Shown piece by piece: positions 26,000 through 34,952 of a DNA stretch of 64,000 nt. Source of the DNA: Candidatus Woesebacteria bacterium (GTDB taxonomy: Bacteria; Patescibacteriota; Saccharimonadia; Saccharimonadales; EFPC-124); NCBI GenBank assembly GCA_050115675.1, contig JASFQB010000007.1, positions 10,108 through 74,107 on the forward strand. The letters are read 5' to 3'. The translations under genes and the position numbers were made by a program. The notes under the pieces are model-generated. The model was not told the origin of the DNA. It searched no databases and saw only the letters and a program-made list of their open reading frames with translations. Position 1 is the first letter of the stretch; each line of letters opens with the position of its first letter.

Positions 26000-26656
26000 A
26001 TGAATCAAGACAAATATCAAGCCTACTTGGCTAAGTGTATTATTTTTATGATTCGCGATTATCAAGATGATGGCGATATTTTGGAGTTTTTAGATGCTTT
26101 ATCTTTTTCTATAGGTATGATGGTCAACAGTGACCGCGTGGTAAACTGGCTAGACATTGCTGGAATATGCGATCAACGCTACTATTCGTTAAAATATGTC
26201 AAAAATGAGCCTACAAAATTAAACACAAAGCTTTTAAGCACCTGCGAAAACAAGGTAAATAAATTTTTAGATAAAGTTTCAGACGGAACGCCAGACGATG
26301 TCTTGCCCGACTACACAAAAATGATAAAAACAAGTCAAAAACAGAAAAACGAGTACCAAGCTCTTCTAGCTAAAGATATCATTGGTATGATTCGCAACTA
26401 TCAAGATAATGACAAAATTTTAGATTATCTAAACAGTATCGCCTTTTGCACGGCCGCAATGTTAGGTAATAATGGCATAGTAGATTGGTTTGACATTGCC
26501 AAAGCATGCGACAAAAGTGGCTCCGCTGCTTTAAATGAAAAGTTTTTGATTAGTTGCGAAAGACAGGCGCAAAAGTATGCGCCTAAAGGTACGCAATGGC
26601 AGAGAGCCCTCAGCGTAAAGACGGCATCAACAGCATCAAACGCAACATCACCCTAG
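26000..26656 (+). CDS. Hypothetical protein built from an internal tandem duplication
   Basis: aa 5-90 and aa 118-193 align (YQAYLAKCIIFMIRDYQDDGDILEFL.. vs YQALLAKDIIGMIRNYQDNDKILDYL..; ..VNWLDIAGICD vs ..VDWFDIAKACD). Confidence 0.55.
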   Translation: MNQDKYQAYLAKCIIFMIRDYQDDGDILEFLDALSFSIGMMVNSDRVVNWLDIAGICDQRYYSLKYVKNEPTKLNTKLLSTCENKVNKFLDKVSDGTPDDVLPDYTKMIKTSQKQKNEYQALLAKDIIGMIRNYQDNDKILDYLNSIAFCTAAMLGNNGIVDWFDIAKACDKSGSAALNEKFLISCERQAQKYAPKGTQWQRALSVKTASTASNATSP

Positions 26657-26709
26657 CTCGCAACTTCATAAATTACTGCAAAACACAATTTGCTAAGTAC
26701 TCGCCTGCT

Positions 26710-27120
26710 ATGGACGATAAAGAAAAAGAAGTTATTGCTTATTGGATGGTGGATAGAATTATGCGCCAGGGGCTTGCTGGCAAGTTTGAAAAAGAACTAC
26801 CCATAATAACTGATATCGAAGCATGTGTGTGCGATCTTGAGTGGTCTAATGCAATTGACATTGACGAGGACTGGGAAAAGCTAATTGCCGCTGTTGATGA
26901 GTTTGAGCAGCAGCTTAACAGCAAATATCCTCAGTTTTCAGATAAAACCCCTAAACCACCCGCGCCAGACACTTACGACAGTCTGGTAACGGTTGACGAT
27001 TTTTTAAATTACTACAAAAAAGTTACGGGCAGTTACAGTACAGGCCTATCAGACGAAGATATTAAAAATGCTTCGTCGGCAATTATTAACGCTGTTGCAA
27101 GCAATTCTTTTGAAAAATAG
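26710..27120 (+). CDS. Hypothetical protein
   Basis: ATG at 26710 preferred. The track start at 26596 overlaps the previous gene by 60 nt. Acidic helical protein. Confidence 0.45.
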   Translation: MDDKEKEVIAYWMVDRIMRQGLAGKFEKELPIITDIEACVCDLEWSNAIDIDEDWEKLIAAVDEFEQQLNSKYPQFSDKTPKPPAPDTYDSLVTVDDFLNYYKKVTGSYSTGLSDEDIKNASSAIINAVASNSFEK

Positions 27121-27295
27121 CAGACAAGCACCCATTGGTAAACGAAATTGAATTATTGGCAGAAAATTTAGAGTTTAATAATACTCCAGATTTGTATGGT
27201 GAATGGATGAAGCTTTTGGGCCGTGTTGACCAATTGGATAAACAAATCAACCAAAGTAACCAGCAGTCATCTTAGCAAAAACCAGCCTAAAAAGT

Positions 27296-27301
27296 TATAA
27301 T
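27296..27301 (+). promoter_or_regulatory. -10 TATAAT 8 nt from ATG 27310 (leaderless-type)
   Basis: TATAAT-ataagagc-ATG. Confidence 0.45.
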
Positions 27302-27309
27302 ATAAGAGC

Positions 27310-27744
27310 ATGACCATTACAAATCACGCTTTGGCAGGTGCGGCAATTGCGGTTGCAACAAATAACCCTGTTTTAGGGGGTGTTTTTGCGTTGGTTTCTC
27401 ATTTTACTATGGATTCCCTACCCCATTTTGGAGGCGTTAAGTGGTACGATGAATGGGGCAGGCCTTTGCTGTTTTTTTCGATTATAGATGTGCTGTTTTG
27501 CGTTATCATAACAGCGTTGGCGATTGTGCTGTTTCCGGCATTTTGGGTTGCGATTACCGTATGCGTAATTTTAGCAACAATTCCAGACTGGTTTTGGGTG
27601 TTGCATTATAAATTTGGGGTCAAGCACAAATATTTTGAGCTTCATCAGGCTATACAACGCTACGAGCGCCCATGGGGAGCCTATGTTGAGATTGCCTTTG
27701 CATTACTGATTATTTTGTTTTTATGGTTTGAATTTAACAGATAG
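27310..27744 (+). CDS. Polytopic membrane protein, possibly membrane-bound metal-dependent hydrolase (YdjM/DUF457-like)
   Basis: Four hydrophobic spans. His-containing N-terminus (NHALAG...SHFTMDSLPH). Weak family call. Confidence 0.5.
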   Translation: MTITNHALAGAAIAVATNNPVLGGVFALVSHFTMDSLPHFGGVKWYDEWGRPLLFFSIIDVLFCVIITALAIVLFPAFWVAITVCVILATIPDWFWVLHYKFGVKHKYFELHQAIQRYERPWGAYVEIAFALLIILFLWFEFNR

Positions 27745-27756
27745 ACGGAGGGTAAA

Positions 27757-28890
27757 ATGGACAGCAATAAACTAGCATTAGAATTACATAAACAATACAA
27801 GGGGAAGATCTCTACAGCACTTAGAGACATACCAGACAGCAAAGCAAAACTAAGCGCTTATTACAGCCCTGGTGTTGCCGCGGTTTCGCGCCAGATTGCC
27901 GAACGTCAAGAAACGATGCGAGATTACTGCTGGACTAATAACTTAGTTGCTATAATTTCTGACGGGTCAGCCGTTTTGGGTTTGGGTAATATTGGCCCCA
28001 AAGCTGCCATGCCGGTTATGGAGGGCAAAGCTATGTTATTTAAACATTTTGCCGGCATTGATGCCGTGCCAATTGTATTAAACGTACATACTCCTGAGGA
28101 AATTATTGCCACGGTTAAAGCAATCGCGCCCAGCTTTGGTGGAATAAACCTAGAGGACATTGCCGCGCCTCAGTGTTTTGAAATTGAAGAAAAGCTAAAA
28201 GAAGCTTTAGACATTCCAATTATGCACGACGATCAACACGGTACAGCCGTGGTGGTTTTGGCGGGCTTAATTAATGCAACAAAAGTTGTTGGCAAAAAAC
28301 TGCAAGATTGCAAAATTGTAGTTGTTGGCGCCGGTGCCGCTGGTACGGCAATTATGAAACTGCTTCATTTATATGCTAATCCTCAAATTATTACCGTAGA
28401 CAGCAAGGGCATAGTCAGTAAAGATCGTACAGATTTAAACAGCGCCAAAAAAGAACTGCTAGAATTTACAAACCCAAACAACATTAGTGGCAACCTGCAA
28501 GATGCGCTTGTTGGCGCAGATATTTTTATTGGAGTATCGCAAGCCAACATTTTAACCAAAGAAATGGTTAAAAAAATGAGCAAGCAGCCAATTGTTTTTG
28601 CCCTGGCCAATCCAAACCCAGAGATTTCACCAGAACTTGCACAAGAAGCCGGCGTGGCAATACTGGCAACTGGCCGCAGCGACTATCCAAATCAAGTAAA
28701 CAACGCAGTGGCGTTTCCGGGAATTTTTAGAGGCGCACTTGATAATAACGTTACAAAAATTACAGATCTACACAAAATTGCCGCAGCCGAAGCGATTGCC
28801 AGCCTGGTTGATAGCCCTAGTCTTCAAAATATAATTCCATCAGTTTTTGACGAGAGGCTTGTTTCTAAAATTGCAGGGCAGATTAAATAG
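27757..28890 (+). CDS. NAD(P)-dependent malic enzyme (short form)
   Basis: YSPGVA, malic-enzyme N-domain, NAD-binding GAGAAG, FPGIFRGALD. GGAGGG SD. Confidence 0.85.
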   Translation: MDSNKLALELHKQYKGKISTALRDIPDSKAKLSAYYSPGVAAVSRQIAERQETMRDYCWTNNLVAIISDGSAVLGLGNIGPKAAMPVMEGKAMLFKHFAGIDAVPIVLNVHTPEEIIATVKAIAPSFGGINLEDIAAPQCFEIEEKLKEALDIPIMHDDQHGTAVVVLAGLINATKVVGKKLQDCKIVVVGAGAAGTAIMKLLHLYANPQIITVDSKGIVSKDRTDLNSAKKELLEFTNPNNISGNLQDALVGADIFIGVSQANILTKEMVKKMSKQPIVFALANPNPEISPELAQEAGVAILATGRSDYPNQVNNAVAFPGIFRGALDNNVTKITDLHKIAAAEAIASLVDSPSLQNIIPSVFDERLVSKIAGQIK

Positions 28891-28972
28891 CGTGGCGTCA
28901 CAAAATCCGTTGACGATAAAATAATATTGTTCTACAATTACTTGGTTGGAGATCTTGCAGAAGGGTAAGGTA

Positions 28973-29542
28973 ATGGCGAGCGCCAATGAACAAGCTACCC
29001 ATGGGATCAGTATCGGAAGATTAGTAGGAACAACGGCCATCGCGGATATGGCGCTGTCAATTGTTGCGACTGTCGTTGTCTATAATCTAATAGCAGGCAA
29101 AACTCTTGTAGAATATTCTGGCGCAGAGCGCATAGGTGCAGCACTAGGGTTGGTGCTACTTTCTTTTGGATTGTCGTTTGCTATTTGCGCCTTGCTAAGT
29201 GCGGTGTTTTTATGGCAAGTAGGGCACACTCGACTGCTACGCTTACGGTTTATTGCAAAGCCGAATCAACGCACCAGGGCGAATAATAGGCGCAACACTC
29301 CATGGAAAAAGCTTTTGATGTGGACGGTGGCAATTGATACCGCGTTTCAGGTGCCAATGATTATCACTACACTACTAACCAGTAGTCAAGAAACAGCCAA
29401 CTTAATTTACGGGGTAATGACGGTAGATGTTATTGGCACAGTTGTTTCCTTCCCGTTTGATTTACTTATTGTTTATTTGTCCTACAGGGTTAAGGATCAT
29501 TTTTCTCAGAAAAACAATAAAGAACAATCTAGTGATATCTAA
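28973..29542 (+). CDS. Hypothetical membrane protein
   Basis: ATG at 28973 preceded by AAGGGTAAGG. Several hydrophobic spans. Confidence 0.5.
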   Translation: MASANEQATHGISIGRLVGTTAIADMALSIVATVVVYNLIAGKTLVEYSGAERIGAALGLVLLSFGLSFAICALLSAVFLWQVGHTRLLRLRFIAKPNQRTRANNRRNTPWKKLLMWTVAIDTAFQVPMIITTLLTSSQETANLIYGVMTVDVIGTVVSFPFDLLIVYLSYRVKDHFSQKNNKEQSSDI

Positions 29543-29592
29543 ACGCAAAACAGGGCGCTCGCAGTTTACGCAAAGAGGCGCCCTTCAAATTT

Positions 29593-31206
29593 TTACAACA
29601 CCCTGTTGACTTCTTCAATGGTGGTAAGGCCTTGAATCGCCTTTAAAATGCCATCCTGCTCTAGGGTGACCATGCCTTGATCTTGAGCTGCATCTTCTAT
29701 GGCTTTCGTGTTTATATCTTCGATGTCGCCTCTGATGAATCCCTGAATTTTTTCGTCCACCAGCATTTGCTCCATTAGTACTATTCGACCAATGTAACCA
29801 AACGGTACATCGTCAGATTTACCTGGTTTATAAAGAGTTATGCTGTCTACGTCTGGTTTTTGCACAGAAGGAGGAAGGTCTTTAAGAACTTCGCTTATAT
29901 ATTTTTTTGTAGCATCGTCTGGTTGATAAGCTATGCGGGTTTTTTCGTCTAATTTTCGCACGAGACGCTGACCTACTACCATGCGAATTGCTGTGCTAAA
30001 CACTGGATTTTGCCCAATCATGTCTATCATACGGCTAAAAGCAGCGGCAGCCGTGCTGGCATGAAACGTACTTAAAACAAGATGGCCCGTAATTGATGCC
30101 TGAATGGCGGTTTTTGCGGTGTCAATGTCTCTGATTTCACCCACCATCACTACGTCTGGGTCAAGTCGCAATACGGCGCGTAATTTTTCGGCGAAGCTAT
30201 CACCCTCACCAGTATTTACGGGAATTTGGCTGATACCCGGTATTGTATACTCCACAGGATCTTCAAGCGTTAATATTTTGCGCCCAGGGTCGTTTAATGC
30301 GTTAATCATAGAATAAAGCGTGGTAGATTTACCCGACCCAGTTGGGCCAACAACCATCACCATTCCATGAGGGCGATTGACCACAGCTTCAAACTCTTTT
30401 AATTGACTCTCGCCCATTCCTAAATTTCTAAGGTTTAATAGGTTTTGATCAAAGTTAAACAGACGTATAACTATATCTTGCCCATATACAGTTGGAACGG
30501 TCTCGATACGCATGTTTAACGTGTGAGTTTTGCCATCTGGAGTTTTTATTTCTTGTTGCATATGCCCGGTTTGAGCATCTTTTTCGGCCGTTGATACGTT
30601 TGCTCGCGAGGCAATAGACGCCATAAGTACGCGGTATTTTTCGGGTGTTAGCTGCGCCACAGGGTGAAGTGCGCCATCAACCCTAAACCTAATACGAGTA
30701 TCGTCTTTTTGGCACTCAAGATGAATGTCTGATGCATTTAACCTGTCGGCCTGCGTTATAAGATAGTTTAAAATATCGTCAGACCTAACAGTGTCTAAAG
30801 TCTTACTAACCTGAGCAATAGTTTCGCTGTCACCTTCTTTTGCAATGGTTACATCCTGATAAACTACCTGTTTTGGAGGATCGTAACGCTGCATAAATTC
30901 CATAAAGCCACTCATACTTATCATCAAAAATTGCACGTTGCGATCTTGAAAGCGCTCCCTCAGCTCGCGCAATAATCTTTGCGGCGTTTGTACAGTAATG
31001 CCAAAAACTATAAGATTACTTTCACTGCCATCACGCAGTGGTACGATTGTGCCGTCGTGCATTTCTTTTACAGACAATAAATCCCTGTAAAGCTGCGCAC
31101 CGGCAACAATGCCTCGCGTATCTAAGTATTGCAAGCCCAATAATGCAGCGCGTTTTTGCGTACTTTCTTCGTCTTGCTCCCTGTACCTTGCCGCGTGGTC
31201 ATCCAT
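29593..31206 (-). CDS. pilB: Type II/IV secretion ATPase (PilB/GspE family)
   Basis: Walker A GPTGSGKSTT, Asp box, Walker B VMVGEIRD, His box, N-terminal T2SSE_N-like region. ATG at 31206 preferred because the track start at 31245 would include the upstream terminator. Confidence 0.85.
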   Translation of the reverse strand: MDDHAARYREQDEESTQKRAALLGLQYLDTRGIVAGAQLYRDLLSVKEMHDGTIVPLRDGSESNLIVFGITVQTPQRLLRELRERFQDRNVQFLMISMSGFMEFMQRYDPPKQVVYQDVTIAKEGDSETIAQVSKTLDTVRSDDILNYLITQADRLNASDIHLECQKDDTRIRFRVDGALHPVAQLTPEKYRVLMASIASRANVSTAEKDAQTGHMQQEIKTPDGKTHTLNMRIETVPTVYGQDIVIRLFNFDQNLLNLRNLGMGESQLKEFEAVVNRPHGMVMVVGPTGSGKSTTLYSMINALNDPGRKILTLEDPVEYTIPGISQIPVNTGEGDSFAEKLRAVLRLDPDVVMVGEIRDIDTAKTAIQASITGHLVLSTFHASTAAAAFSRMIDMIGQNPVFSTAIRMVVGQRLVRKLDEKTRIAYQPDDATKKYISEVLKDLPPSVQKPDVDSITLYKPGKSDDVPFGYIGRIVLMEQMLVDEKIQGFIRGDIEDINTKAIEDAAQDQGMVTLEQDGILKAIQGLTTIEEVNRVL

Positions 31207-31213
31207 AAGCGTT

Positions 31214-31222
31214 ATTATAACA
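31214..31222 (-). promoter_or_regulatory. Extended -10 TGTTATAAT 7 nt from pilB ATG (leaderless-type)
   Basis: Minus strand reads TGT-TATAAT-aacgctt-ATG. Confidence 0.5.
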
Positions 31223-31257
31223 AAAAAATAGGGCGCCATCCACAAGGAATGACGCCC
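31222..31257 (-). terminator. Intrinsic terminator closing the PRTase/CitE/HAD operon (left island border)
   Basis: Minus strand reads GGGCGTCAT-N9-ATGGCGCCC (9-bp stem, one mismatch) then TATTTTTTT. Confidence 0.65.
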
Positions 31258-31292
31258 AATGCTGCCTTTTACGGCAACTTATGCGACACTAA

Positions 31293-32024
31293 CTACATTC
31301 TTTCAAGCAAATCTTGAAGCTCACTCAGAAGTTTTACGCTCCTGACGCCATATACCACAGGCTCCTGCCTGGCAGGCATGTTGTACAGATAAACAGGGGT
31401 CATGCCGGCCCCACTTGCGCCAAGCACATCTGCCACAGGGTTATCTCCCACATGCACGATGCGGCTAGCAGGAAGCGACATTTGCTTTGCAGCACTCTCA
31501 AATATCTCACGATTAGGTTTAGCCATGCCGTGCTGACTAGAAAATACAGCAGCAGAAAGATAATCCCAGACTCCATGTCTTTCGAGAACTTGTTCCATCA
31601 TGTCATGACCGTCAAATCCTGTATTGCTGACGATGCCAATTATGTAGTTGGCTTGCCTGAGGCGTTCTAGCGTTTCAAGAAAATCAGGCTCAATTAACAG
31701 GGGCAAATGCTCGTGCGTTCTGGAGTAGATAAGCCTTTCGGTCCACTCCCTGTACGCCCGCTCATTCAGCAAGCCAAGTGGCAAGTCGCATTCTTGCATA
31801 AAAAGCTGCAGTCTAACAAGTGGCGGAATGTCCACTCCTGTCCTAATGCTTCTGGCATCAGAATCAGCTGCAACTTCTCGATACACATCAACAGCTTGAT
31901 CCAGATCAAAGGCTATATCCAAAACCTCCGCAAGCACTTCGACGCGCTTACGCGAAAATCCTGGTTGCCCATGCAAAAATGTGCCCCAGATATCTAGAGT
32001 TACGCCTTTTGAACAATTACTCAC
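31293..32024 (-). CDS. HAD-superfamily hydrolase with non-canonical motif I (DIWGT)
   Basis: Motif I VTLDIWGTF, motif II IVSNT, motif III K (MAKPN), motif IV VGDNPVADV. Overlaps the upstream gene by 4 nt. Confidence 0.75.
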   Translation of the reverse strand: MSNCSKGVTLDIWGTFLHGQPGFSRKRVEVLAEVLDIAFDLDQAVDVYREVAADSDARSIRTGVDIPPLVRLQLFMQECDLPLGLLNERAYREWTERLIYSRTHEHLPLLIEPDFLETLERLRQANYIIGIVSNTGFDGHDMMEQVLERHGVWDYLSAAVFSSQHGMAKPNREIFESAAKQMSLPASRIVHVGDNPVADVLGASGAGMTPVYLYNMPARQEPVVYGVRSVKLLSELQDLLERM

Positions 32025-32914
32025 TTAAAACCCCTCTCTCGAGCATAGCCAGTAATTAGATCATACGACTTGCGATACCTTGCAAGATAATCAGGTCCTC
32101 GGCCAATCGTAGCGTCCGCAAGAACTTCCGGATAATCCACGGGAAGAGCGGGTAAGAAATCAAGTAGCTCTTTTGCTGGCCTCTCAAGAATATATCTAAG
32201 CACTCTCGAGTTCAGCCTAAAGCACCTCGAGTTAATCAACATCACAATCCTGCTCAAATCGACAGGATCTGTCTGGTTCATCAGGTTTTCGATGTTGGCC
32301 TGCGGACCACCTGGACAATCCAAGACAGACTGCTCGATAACAGCCGCATATGCAAGCCACAACGACCGTGGACCAACAGACCTAAAGTAACGCTGATACG
32401 CACGCTCGGCAGAGCCAGTTACACGAATATCGTCCACCATAATTACGTGCGCGCCCCTTACGAGCGCCTCGTCAATATGATAAACATGCTTTGCATTGCG
32501 ATCATCGCGGTCCTTGGCCGTAAGTGCTTTTGCATACTGCGGCGAGCCACAAGCGTCTTTGTCAAAGACGATATGTCGTGGCGCATTCAGCCCAAGAGCT
32601 CCAACTATGTGGCGTGTCAAATCGCGCCACAAGTAGTGTGCGATTCCATCAGAAGCAGTTGCCAGGTGAACGTACGGCGCAGAGGCAATAATGACAGGAC
32701 TACCGTCAATAAGCTCTCTGTAATGGTCATCGTCGCCAATGATCATCTTGGCCAACAGCTCGCCGTAATGACGCGCAGCCGGATCGTAGCCATACTTAAA
32801 CCAGCTATACTCTCTGCAATCAAATGGTTGATCATTTTGGTCGACTAGCCCGCTGCCGAGGTTACCCTCAACAGCAAACCTTAGCTGCCAAACAGACATA
32901 GTCTTCTCTTGCAT
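32021..32914 (-). CDS. Phosphoribosyltransferase-like protein (Ter-cluster type) with C-terminal helical domain
   Basis: PRPP-loop-like VIMVDDIRVTGSAERA. Paralogous over its full length to 33867-34757. Confidence 0.7.
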   Translation of the reverse strand: MQEKTMSVWQLRFAVEGNLGSGLVDQNDQPFDCREYSWFKYGYDPAARHYGELLAKMIIGDDDHYRELIDGSPVIIASAPYVHLATASDGIAHYLWRDLTRHIVGALGLNAPRHIVFDKDACGSPQYAKALTAKDRDDRNAKHVYHIDEALVRGAHVIMVDDIRVTGSAERAYQRYFRSVGPRSLWLAYAAVIEQSVLDCPGGPQANIENLMNQTDPVDLSRIVMLINSRCFRLNSRVLRYILERPAKELLDFLPALPVDYPEVLADATIGRGPDYLARYRKSYDLITGYARERGFK

Positions 32915-32923
32915 GACATTCTC

Positions 32924-33853
32924 CTATCGGTTGACGGTTGCGGACTGGCAAACACCAAAGGCATCTGCCCTTGCGATGATTCGCTGCGCCCAACGCCAAT
33001 GCGTAGTAGGCTCGTCCATGCGCCCGTTAAGTCGCGCGACGGCTGGCGCAGAAGTGTCAAGAATCTGCCGTGCAGACTCGTAATCCTCTACCTGCACTTT
33101 GTACAGCTCAGCCAAATGGCCAAGCTGGCGCGGACAGATAACGGTTTTACCAAACATACCCTTTGCAATATCTTGGCGAACCTCTTTTGCAAAAAGTTCG
33201 TCATACTCGGGATCAATGCCTTCAAAAACCGCAGCCGTAACAGCATAGCCTTCAAAGGCAAATTCGGTAAGAATTGTGCCAATGATGTCGAGCTGATCGT
33301 GAATTGTAAACCCGTGCGTCAGATCGCGCCTGGTAGACAGACAACCAAGCAGGTCGTTGCCTCCCATTCGAACGCAATCAATTTCTGCACGGAAAGGCTC
33401 AAAAACATCAAGCAGTGCCTCGCGAAACGAAGCGCGGCTCATGCCCCGAGACTCCAAAATCGGCAAAACGCGCAAACCTGCACTGACAGCAGGACCTGCA
33501 TAACTTGCAAAGTCTCGAGGATCAGCCTTAGGAACAACAATGCCCGCAAGCTGCTTGCGATACCTGGACTCCAGCTGGAGCAGCCATTTAAGTACCTGCA
33601 AATTTCGCACGCGGATAAACACATCTGCCACAAAGTTACTCTCGCCGCTGGCAAGAACTTCTCTGATATTACTCAGAGCCTTAGGCAGATCATCCTCGCG
33701 TACAGCATCCTCGGTATCAATTGCCAGTCGAACGACTGGGTAACCTTCACCCCGAAAGGTTGCCATACCGCCAACAAGCCTTGAAAGCTTGTCGACCGGA
33801 AATGTAGCAGGAACGTACAGCATCGGCGCCATAGCGCGACCAACAGAGTTCAT
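32924..33853 (-). CDS. HpcH/HpaI aldolase / citrate lyase beta (CitE)-like TIM-barrel C-C lyase
   Basis: MLYVPA, IDTEDAV, IRVRN, GIVVPKAD, GGNDLL, GKTVICPRQL motifs in CitE order. ATG at 33853 with AAGGAGAA SD. Confidence 0.8.
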   Translation of the reverse strand: MNSVGRAMAPMLYVPATFPVDKLSRLVGGMATFRGEGYPVVRLAIDTEDAVREDDLPKALSNIREVLASGESNFVADVFIRVRNLQVLKWLLQLESRYRKQLAGIVVPKADPRDFASYAGPAVSAGLRVLPILESRGMSRASFREALLDVFEPFRAEIDCVRMGGNDLLGCLSTRRDLTHGFTIHDQLDIIGTILTEFAFEGYAVTAAVFEGIDPEYDELFAKEVRQDIAKGMFGKTVICPRQLGHLAELYKVQVEDYESARQILDTSAPAVARLNGRMDEPTTHWRWAQRIIARADAFGVCQSATVNR

Positions 33854-33866
33854 TTTATTCTCCTTT

Positions 33867-34757
33867 TCAGGCAGTCGTAGATGGGGTGGAAAGGTACGAA
33901 ACGTCAATACCAAGCTGGTGACACGCAGGCCAAGCCTGCGGCATCAGATGATAGCCATCAGCAACGATCGCAGAAATCAGCTCATCGAGCTTATTCGGAA
34001 CCGCGTCAGCAAAACGCACAATCTCGTCTGGCGAGCCGCGCAGAACCCGCTTGCACGTACGTGCATTAAGGTAATGTCCGGGGCCAAACAGTCTTGCCAA
34101 ATCATCAAGACAACGCACAGCATAACTGTTGAGTGTCGTCTCAATGCGAGAATCCGCAGCGCCATTCAGCAACGTCAGATACACATACTTAACATCATTA
34201 ATGCCGCAATCGCGCAGCGCCTTAATGGTGGCACGCTCGGTATTACCACCAATGCGCGCGTCATCAAGAACAATCAGCTTATTGTGCTGCAACCCTGCGT
34301 GCAGCAACTGCTGCGTTGTAGCAGCTGGCACAGAGACGGCTCGAGTCTCAGTGGACTTGATACGCTCCTCGGCTGTCATTGTCGCATAGTCAGCAAAAGC
34401 CAGTACGCGACGATCCAGCTTAACCACGCCAAGCGGTGCGCAGCCCGCACGAGCAAGATGCACCAACGCAACATTAAGTAAAGAAACCGCAGTGGTAGCA
34501 ACAGTCTTGTAGGGCGAAGCGCAAATCCAAGAATTTCTAAGTGCATGCACACCCAACCTTTTAACCATCATTTGCGCTATCAGCCTACCGTAAAACTGCG
34601 TAGACTCATAGTCGCCATATTTCAGCATGCTATACCTAAAGAAATCAAGATCATATTCGCAATCACTCCTCAAAGTAAACGGATTGCCATTTTGACACAC
34701 GCTAATCTCAAAAACGCTACACCTAGAACAACATACATCGCCTTGCCTAGTAGGCAT
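33867..34757 (-). CDS. Phosphoribosyltransferase-like protein, second paralog, first gene of operon
   Basis: LIVLDDARIGGNTERA PRPP-loop-like motif. Shares F.YG..A..YG.L.A.M, ASPY and DYA blocks with 32021-32914. GGAG 5 nt upstream of the ATG. Confidence 0.65.
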   Translation of the reverse strand: MPTRQGDVCCSRCSVFEISVCQNGNPFTLRSDCEYDLDFFRYSMLKYGDYESTQFYGRLIAQMMVKRLGVHALRNSWICASPYKTVATTAVSLLNVALVHLARAGCAPLGVVKLDRRVLAFADYATMTAEERIKSTETRAVSVPAATTQQLLHAGLQHNKLIVLDDARIGGNTERATIKALRDCGINDVKYVYLTLLNGAADSRIETTLNSYAVRCLDDLARLFGPGHYLNARTCKRVLRGSPDEIVRFADAVPNKLDELISAIVADGYHLMPQAWPACHQLGIDVSYLSTPSTTA

Positions 34758-34792
34758 CACTTCTCCAATGTTTGTAGGTCTAAAGTTACATC

Positions 34793-34813
34793 TTGCTCGT
34801 AAAGTGCGAGCAA
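34793..34813. promoter_or_regulatory. Inverted repeat in 5' UTR of the PRTase operon (operator or RNA hairpin candidate)
   Basis: TTGCTCG-N7-CGAGCAA located just downstream of the -10 box. Confidence 0.3.
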
Positions 34814-34822
34814 AGACAATTT

Positions 34823-34851
34823 ATTGTAAAATACCTAACATTAGATGTCAA
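34823..34851 (-). promoter_or_regulatory. Promoter TTGACA-N17-TACAAT of the PRTase/CitE/HAD operon
   Basis: Consensus -35 and good -10 read on the minus strand in the AT-rich divergent spacer. Confidence 0.55.
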
Positions 34852-34952
34852 CATGTTTTTCTGATTTGCCATTGCGCATTTTTCTTGATATTGTATTGTA
34901 TGTTAGTCGCAAGAGGTTCTTTACATCCACACTACTACAGAAACTGGAGGCA

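Noticed and set aside
27135-27275. 46-codon ORF (TTG start; internal ATG at 27207) in the spacer after 26710-27120
   Set aside because: It is short, with no SD and no recognisable motif. It may be a remnant of the neighbouring repeat family.
31207-31245. Longer PilB start (track start at 31245)
   Set aside because: It would place the upstream operon terminator hairpin and T tract inside the coding sequence. The ATG at 31206 follows an extended -10 box.
32909-34481. Plus-strand ORFs 32909-33784 and 33789-34481 (291 and 230 aa)
   Set aside because: They are antisense to the CitE-like and PRTase genes, which have recognisable motifs. Their composition is Arg/Ser/Cys-rich, typical of a wrong frame in GC-rich sequence.
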